Shown: piece after piece, positions 56,624 to 64,000 of the stretch
Layout of the letters: each line of letters starts with the position of its first letter
Position numbering within the stretch: the first letter of the stretch is position 1
From: Eledone cirrhosa
Lineage: Eukaryota
Reading direction: 5' to 3'
Assembly (NCBI GenBank): GCA_964016885.1
Contig: OZ024742.1
Span: 152,520,001-152,584,000 of the forward strand
DNA: 64,000 nt
Position numbers and translations under genes: made by a program
Notes under the pieces: model-generated
The model's database searches: none
Told to the model about the DNA's origin: nothing
What the model saw: the letters and a program-made list of their open reading frames with translations, nothing else

Positions 56624-57034
56624 AGAGGGTCTCAAACTTAACGGCACAAAAGGGCCATTACGTCCTGGAGGAGAGGCACAGTGGGCCAAACGTGGTGGTG
56701 TGTGAAGATTTTCACCAGTTATAATAATTTCTACTATAGGAACAAGGCATGCAATTTGGGGTCTAGGGTTCAGTCGATTACATCGATCCTCGTATAAAAC
56801 TGGTACTTAATTCATTGATCCAAAAAGGATGAAAGGCAAAGGTGAGATCGGCGGAATTTGAACTCAGAACGTAACAACGTAAGAAGTACCGTTAAGCATT
56901 TCAACAGATGTGCTAACGATTACACCAGCTCACCGCCTTATTTTCACTAGTTATAATGCAATATTAAATATTGGTTCTACCACGGGCCACAGAAAAGTAG
57001 TTCGAGGGCCGCATGTTTGACCCCCCCCCCCCTG
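56624..57034. mobile_element. Possible hAT-type MITE hosting a SINE
   Basis: Ends agagggtctcaaac / gtttgaccccc..ctg and repeated gggcca/gggccg subterminal motifs; no clean 8-bp TSD. Confidence 0.4.
56726..56940 (-). mobile_element. SINE family B (related core) with 17-bp TSD
   Basis: ggatgaaaggcaaa..gcggaatttgaactcag; TSD ttttcacYagttataat at 56709-56725 and 56941-56957. Confidence 0.85.
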
Positions 57035-57140
57035 TGGGAGATAGATAGATAGATATATTTCTTTATTTGCCACCAGGCCATAGAAGAAAGGGAAAAAGAT
57101 TAAAAAAACGAGTAAAAAAGGTTATAACAATTATAATAAT

Positions 57141-57324
57141 TGTTTCTACTTTTAGCAGAAGGCCACCAAATACCCAGTGCATTACTGGTACTTTATTTTA
57201 TCGACCCCGTAAGGATGAAAGGCAAAGTTAACCTCGGCGGGATTTGAACTCAGTTCGTAAAGGGACGTAACTGTGCTGCAAAGCATGGCGTCTGACCCTC
57301 TACCGATACTGCCAATCCACCACC
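57141..57324 (-). mobile_element. SINE family A in the Tx1 3' UTR, 19-bp TSD
   Basis: ttataacaattataataat at 57122-57140 and 57325-57343. Confidence 0.93.
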
Positions 57325-57451
57325 TTATAACAATTATAATAATATAACAAAGAAAGCCCTCAATTTGGGGTCGCACACACCCCCGAAAAATGTGCAACCT
57401 TTCTCGGGAGCACAAAGGGAGGGTGCTCCCTTCTTCTCTTATCCCCTCCAC

Positions 57452-60400
57452 CTACAGGCTGATGTAGGGAGAAGGCCCATTCACACTGGCCATTCTTGCC
57501 ACTTTCACACACTTTTCATAAAACTGGCTGGGGTGGAGCACCTCTCTCTCCATCCTGATTCTTCTTCCGAAATGGTATCGGAAGAAAAGGACCAGTTGTT
57601 GGCCAGAGATAAAGGTGTCCGATCTCAGCCCTTTCAAACGCGTCCACCATACAACTTCTTTTACCATGGCTACTACACAGAGGAAAACCACCTCTCCTGC
57701 ATTTTTGAAGGAGGGAGGCGGTTTCATGGTGACAATGGACTCGGTGGTCAACCGGATTGGTCCCACCCGCGACAGCAGTCGTTCTGAATAGCCTCACATG
57801 TCTGCAACTCCCAGGCATTGTACCAATGCGTGCTCGACGGTTTCCTCGTCATGCACGCATCTGGGACAGATTTTTTTTCATGGGGTCCCTACCCGGGCGC
57901 TCGTGTCTGTAGAGCTTGTCTCGAACGGTCAGAACCCCACGGTAGCACTGCCAGGCCAGAGACTTCTGGAAGTTGTCCATCGGTCCCGGGCCAAATCTCC
58001 TACCGAACAGGCTGGCCAGTTCGCCTTCCTCCATGCCTATGGCTTCTCCGAGGGCGTTGTCGCACTTGCTACTGACCAACCCTCTCTAGAATGTTGAGTT
58101 GGAGTCTCCACTGATAGCTGGATCCGCCTGTCCGAGAGCTGTGAGCGCCTGAGCACACTCAATGTGCCAGGCGCCCAGTTTCCTCGGTCTTTGCTTGACC
58201 CAGGATTGCAGCTCGATGAGCGAGATGAGTCTCAGAAAAGGTCGCCTCACAAACGGGGCCCACACGGGTTGACCGATGAGGAATACCTGGAGGTGCCGTA
58301 GCCTTATTGCGTGTTTACGCATCTGCAGCCACGGCATCCCCAGTACTTCTTTCGAACGGTGTTGACAGCATATGGATCTCCTCACCAAAGGAGCCCTCTC
58401 CTTCCAAAGGAATTGGAAGAGTGCGCGCTTCATGTTGGTGAGCGTCCAGTAAGGTGCCGATCCCCCCAATTTCTGAGGTGTTGGACACCATTACTGTCAC
58501 GACATCGGCGTAGGCCGACACCGCTTTCCGTAATCCCGGTTCCAAAGCGATACCCTGCAACAACTCCAACTTCCGCAGCAGTGGCTCGAGGGCCAGCACA
58601 TACAGAAGGGAGGAGAGAGGGCACCCCTGTCGGATGGACCGCGTGATTTGGAACGATAGGTAGCCGTTCACCTTGACCCGCGAGCAGATGCGGCTGCTGT
58701 GCATGGCAGTAATCCAGCCCCTGAAATTGGGTCCGAACCTGCCACCGCTAGCACCGCATCCATGTAACCATAGTCGACACCATCGAACACCGTAGATTGA
58801 TCCAAGTTGATCAGGGTCCCACCAGAGCCGCGTTTATTCCCAACCCTCTCTATGATGTATCGCATGAGATGGAGGTTGTTGTGAATAGACCTGGACGGGG
58901 TAGCACATATCTGCGCTTCCACCACCAGGTTGCCCACGACAAGCGCCAACCTTTGGCCAAAATCTTTAACTCTGCATTTAGCAGAGTTATGGGCTTTAAA
59001 TTATTACTGTCATCCCCCTTGCACTAGTCCTTCCTCACTAGCGAGACTACGCGCTTGGTCATAGAACAGGGAATTCTCCCGTTCTATTGCAGGTGCAGTG
59101 GAATGCCCTGAGGAGATCGGAGAACAAGTCTGGCATAACTAGATAAAGTTTGTATGGAAGATCATCGAGCGCCGGGGATTTGCGTTTCCCGCATTGGCTT
59201 AGCACATCCCCTATTTCAGCAGCTGAAATCGGCCTCTCGAAGAACTTCGCCTCCTGATCCGACAGACGGGGTAGGCCGTTAACGTATGGACCGGAATCCA
59301 CATCCCCATCCGGGCCGCCGCCCGTCTGAAGAGTCGTGCAAAGTGCCTTTGAAAGGTCTCACACATCTGTCCAAGTTTAAGGATCACCCGTCCATCCTGG
59401 TCCCTCAAAGACCGGATAGTAGATTTAATCCCACGTTTGGCTTCTGTCACGAGGGCCCAGCTAACACTTTTGGACACCTCATTTGCTAGAGCACGTATTT
59501 TGCTTCTAACAACGCAGCCTTCGTGCTTGGGTCGACAAATTTGTCCAAGGCCGTTCTCGACGCCAGCACTCTGGCCACGTTGCCGCTTCTAATGGCCTCT
59601 TCTACTCTATCTATCAACTCCCTTTCCTTCATATTCCTATCCGAGGCTAATTCCTTACTAAAACGTATCGGTACTACCCTAATTTCTCTCTTCAGAGCCC
59701 CCCCCCCATTCTGTTGTTGACGATCGCTCCCGTCAACCGCTCCTTAACTAAATCGCTCCCTGTAAGCTTTCCTTGCCGGTAAGGACACGTTTAGCTTCCA
59801 GTAACCGGGCCCTGTCTATGAGTTCTATCAAGGTTGACTATGCAGGTCACTAATTTGTGGTCCGAATAGCCAACCAGGAGCATTTCTGGACAGATTATTA
59901 GGTCCCTATCCTTATTTTTAACTAGGATCCTATCTAGGTACGATCTAGATGATCCGCTGCTCTTTGCCCAAGTCCAGGTTGGCGCAGTTGGAAAATCTAG
60001 TCGATATCTATCGGCAAGGTCAAATCGGCTGATTACCCTCTTGAGTTTGTTACACCCCCCTCTATCGGGACGTGCCCCTACATAGTCCCAACGTGCATCT
60101 AGGATACCATTCCAGTACCCCACTAGAAAAGTCTCCAGACGCTGGAAGGAACCAGGCCGCGCTGCCCCAAAAGCGGCATACGCGACCACCAGCCTAAAAG
60201 CTCCACCTTCACCACTGCCAACGTCTAGGACCATCAGTCGACCTTCCGGGTCCAAGTCTGCGTTGCGAGATGTTTTTGCAGCAGAACGACAACCCCACCC
60301 CCACCTCCCGGCTGACAAAGAGATGCGTGGATCTCAAAGTCATCAAAGGTGGAGTCTAGCTTGGCTCGCTGCTGATCCGGGTCTCGCAAACTGCCATTAC

Positions 60401-60498
60401 ATTTATACAGTGTGGCCTGAAGTCATTTAGAAGTTTAGCTTGCTTCCAATATGAGTCCAGGCCACGCGCATTCAGACAACCTACCCTAAATTAACCAT
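57452..60498 (-). pseudogene. Tx1-type ORF2 (APE endonuclease, RT, Zn finger)
   Basis: GCLNARGL, GYWNGIL, TWTW..RSYLDRIL..SDHKLV, KSPALDDLP, INLDQSTVFDGV, RSIRQGCPLSSLLYVLALEPL, AYADV, FLWK, GMP, CPRC..ETVEHALVQC. Many frameshifts and an internal deletion after the RT core. Confidence 0.9.
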
Positions 60499-60849
60499 GT
60501 TGGCGGCGAAGGGGAAGAAAAAGGAAAGGCACCTACCTCTTCGCGTCCCAGGAATCGGGCCGCCCAACTTCCATGGGGGTGTGTGAGGGGTTGTTGGGTG
60601 GTTTGTGGTGGTGTGGGGACATCAATGTGTTGGTGGGTTTGTTGTGGTGTGGCTGTTTTGGGTGGGGGTGGGGACATTTTTGAAGAGGACGCGGTTAAAG
60701 GGTTTTGCACTGGGGGGTCCTACGTCCTAATGAAAATTGTCTTTTAGTGTTTTATGAACATTCAATGTCATTTTAATCATATTTAAGGAGGGGTATTTCT
60801 ATAGCCCCCGTAAAAGGGTTTTGTTCGATTCTTTTTAATAGTTTTTTTT

Positions 60850-62175
60850 ATTTTTCGAATTAATGTATGTGTCTGTGTAGTGTTTTTTGTTGATGTTTGT
60901 GTTGTGTTTTTGGGAGCGGTGGTTTGTATTGTGTTTGTCTTTCCTGTTTGTCTTGACGTTAGGTTTTAGTTTGTGTGATGCTTCTTTTTTTTCTTTTCAC
61001 GGGTTGGAAAGGATCCCCTTCATCTTCGCTGCGCTACGATGTAAGGGGGTCTTCGTCCGTGTTAGAGGGCAGGGTATATTTTGTGGTGTTATTGTGTCAG
61101 GATGTGTTTTTGTGTTTGTTTTATTTGTGTGTGTGGGGGGTGGCGTGTAACCGTGTTCAGTTTTGTTTTGATTTGTTATGTTTGTTGTTGTGGTGGTGAT
61201 GGTGGTTTTTTTTTTCGGTGTGGGTAGCAGAGTTTTTTAAACTGAGGACAGGCAGACCTTAGGTGACCTCTGCCTCTACCGAGGTAACAAGAGGGCCGCC
61301 TACCCTCAACGATGATGCTGAAGTAACTCCGTTCATCCAGCATGACGCGTACAGGGATTCGGGCTATTCGTTCAGGCCTCATTTGGGCCAGAATTTCGAT
61401 GCCCGTTCCGCTGAACGCGTTGCCGGATGCCTTGCTTACTAAGATTAAATTCTCCTCATCTAGGTTAGCAGCCACCAATAATTGGAATTATCGTGTTGAT
61501 CTATATCCTTGAGATCCTTTTCCCCATGTAAGTTGGGAAAAAGTTGTAATGCGTGGAACGAATTGGCAATACAGAGTATTTCTGCGCTGCTAATTCATCT
61601 TTCATCAGTATGGATAGACTCCCATAGAGCGTATCCTTTTGGATGAAGACAATGTCTTTCATTGACTCTTTTAGAACCAGCTCCATCTCATTCTGTGATG
61701 GTTGAGCCGGTTTTCTGGTTTTGTTGGCAATTGTTCTAAAAACCACTGTTCTTCGTTCGATTTGCTTTTTTTAATTCTGGGGGCGAATTAATGGAAAAGG
61801 TTCCATTTTCGCAAAAAGTTACATATTTTTTGCTCTTTCAAGCAGTTCTCTGGCGTTTGTTATATCTTCTGGAACATAGGTTATCGATTTTTTGACTCTC
61901 TGTGCAAAGGATACTTTTTTATTTTCCTTGTTGTCGCTGTTGGTGTTTGGGTTGTTTTCATTGGTGTTGCTGTTGTTTTCAATTTTTTTGGTGTTGGTGT
62001 TGATGTTATTGGTGTTGTCTTCATTTTTGTTGCTGTAATTTTCATCTTTTTGGGTGTTGGTGTTATTTATGTTTGTGTAATTAGCACTTTCATTTGATTC
62101 AATTTTATCATTTTGGGGGTTATTTCCCGAATATTCACAATTATTTGTTAAATTCGCTTCCATATTCGTATGCAA
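60850..62175 (-). pseudogene. Tx1-type ORF1 (Asn-rich N-terminus, SFA motif, decayed CCHC knuckle)
   Basis: KKVSFAQRVKK, FFPTYMGKR, IVEGRRPSCYLGRGRGHLRSACP; fragmented over several frames, and the C-terminal end is uncertain. Confidence 0.7.
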
Positions 62176-62570
62176 AAGCGAGGGGAGGGAAATTTCATCA
62201 GGATGAATTGCTTGTTTCTCTCTCTCACTTTCCTTTCAGTGTCGTTTACATGTATGGCGTCCATTGTCGAATTGCAAGTCAAGTAAAAGTTTACAATTGA
62301 AGAATTTCACCCCAAAAGGGGTGAAAATAAGATAACCACCCATCTACAAGCCTGGGCGGGAAGTTAATTTACACAAATAAAATAAAATTCAACACAAACA
62401 TAGTCAACTCGTAATATAGTCAACTCGTAATATAAATCCAAATAAATCGCCGCCGAAGTTGCAGACATCTACTATCAACGATAGATAGATGGACGTGTAC
62501 CAGACACGCACACATTTCTTACTCTCTCTGTCCCCCCTCCCTCTTTCTCTCTTCATTCATATATATATAT

Positions 62571-63078
62571 AAATGTTCGGTAAATCCATACGTACATTAA
62601 TATATATGTGTACATGTATGTATATATATACATTCTACTGTACGTCTGTATACACATATGTATGTACGTATAAATACTTATATTTAAGTAACAGCTGTAC
62701 TAAGAGTGAGAAATGAAATTTCGTATTCCATTTATCGTTTTCGGTGCATCCGGCCGATTAACTAACTCGATATGCAAATTAGGCTGCTCAGCCGTTAATA
62801 TGCATAAGGAAAGTATATACTTTTAGAGGCTCAATCATCTGGCAGAAAGGTATACGGTCTTGAAACAAGTACATCGTTCCTTTGCCAGTGTTGAACAAAA
62901 GCGCAACGATGGTTGCTAAACACTGTATGTCTTAATCCGGGATGTTTGTTTACAAACAAACCGAGCATTATAATAAATGTTCGGTAAATCCATATGTACA
63001 TATACATAGGTGTGCATGTATGTATATATATTCATACTAATGTACGTCTGTATACATATATGTATGTACGTATACATA

Positions 63079-63082
<4 letters not shown>
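62571..63082 (+). mobile_element. Second copy of the ~405-bp retrozyme-like unit (1.25 tandem copies; hammerhead 5' half deleted)
   Basis: aaatgttcggtaaatccata at 62571 and 62976; ggtatacg-[deletion]-cttgaaacaagtaca at 62849-62873. Confidence 0.75.
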
Positions 63083-63139
<57 letters not shown>

Positions 63140-63145
<6 letters not shown>

Positions 63146-63345
63146 CGTAGTTAAGAAAGCCACAACAATGCAGAGGGGAATCTCGAGGTAGGAAGTGAAT
63201 GATAGATAGGAGAAACAGGTGAAAGTGAAAATTGAGAGAGACAAAGATGAAAACAAAACAAAGGTAGAAGGGTTACCGTAGTGGAGATTTAATCCCAGTC
63301 GAGATTCCCCTCTGCATTGTTGTGGCTTTCTTAACTACGTATTTT
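63140..63345. repeat. 47-bp perfect inverted repeat (63140-63186 / 63299-63345)
   Basis: aaaatacgtagttaagaaagccacaacaatgcagaggggaatctcga and its reverse complement. Confidence 0.85.
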
Positions 63346-63535
63346 ACACATTTCACAATGCTTCAAGCAAACTTTAACACCCTCTTATATATATATATAT
63401 ATATAAATATGGCGTTGTTATTTTGCGTTGTTGAAATGAGCAGTGGCCTATCACCTGGCAATAAAAACTGGAGTCAAATTTATTGGTGTACCAAAACCAA
63501 GGTACACACACCTACACAAGTTTGTGTGTGTGTAT

Positions 63536-63635
<100 letters not shown>

Positions 63636-63714
63636 GTGTGTGTGTGTGTATGTATCTCTATATATATATCTATATATATATATAGTTATGTAATAAACAA
63701 CATAAGGCAATTAT

Positions 63715-63760
63715 TTAATTTACCAGTGGTTTCTTAAGAGCTTTCAATCATCAGAATGAA
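63715..63760 (-). ncRNA. Type I hammerhead ribozyme
   Basis: Minus strand: ttcatt CTGATGA ttgaaagctcttaa GAAA cca-c-tgg TA aattaa. Confidence 0.65.
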
Positions 63761-64000
63761 AAACCCTGGTGCATTTATCGACGTTGGATTTTAAAAACAA
63801 AAATGCAATCTATATGAAAGTGAGGCTGGAAAAGGAAGAAGGAAATGAAAAATAAAATAAAAACACACATGCAAACACACACACACTCACACACAGACAA
63901 TTATATAATTAGACATATATATATATACATACACACATACATACACACACACGTATACACACACACACATATATATGTATATATATATACATGCACATAC

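Larger units (their letters stand above)
57051..62480 (-). mobile_element. Tx1/L1-clade LINE, full span, disrupted
   Basis: ORF1 with CCHC-like knuckle and ORF2 APE-RT-Zn. AATAAA at 57062-57067. Both ends abut atagatagat (57041-57050, 62481-62490). Confidence 0.88.

Overview
AT-rich, microsatellite-saturated animal intergenic/intronic DNA; the tRNA-derived SINE families resemble those of octopus, so a cephalopod host is likely (inference). I found no host protein-coding exon, and most ORFs in the track are translated (TA)n/(CA)n/(GA)n/(GAT)n repeats. The window is a nest of transposons: a near-complete Neptune-type Penelope-like element (PLE, 3.7-9.1 kb), a 7.5-kb head-to-head palindromic Hydra-type PLE (10.2-17.7 kb), further PLE 3' fragments, Tc1 and mariner remnants, a deleted Helitron with both ends, a twin-primed RTE-type LINE fragment, a full-span Tx1-type LINE in a (GATA)n site, and many SINEs. 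The main hidden layer is RNA-structural: about 12 intact-core and several decayed type I hammerhead ribozymes on both strands. They sit in PLE pseudo-LTRs, in fold-back hairpins, and in short non-coding tandem units that look like retrozymes. All calls were made by eye and need computational confirmation.
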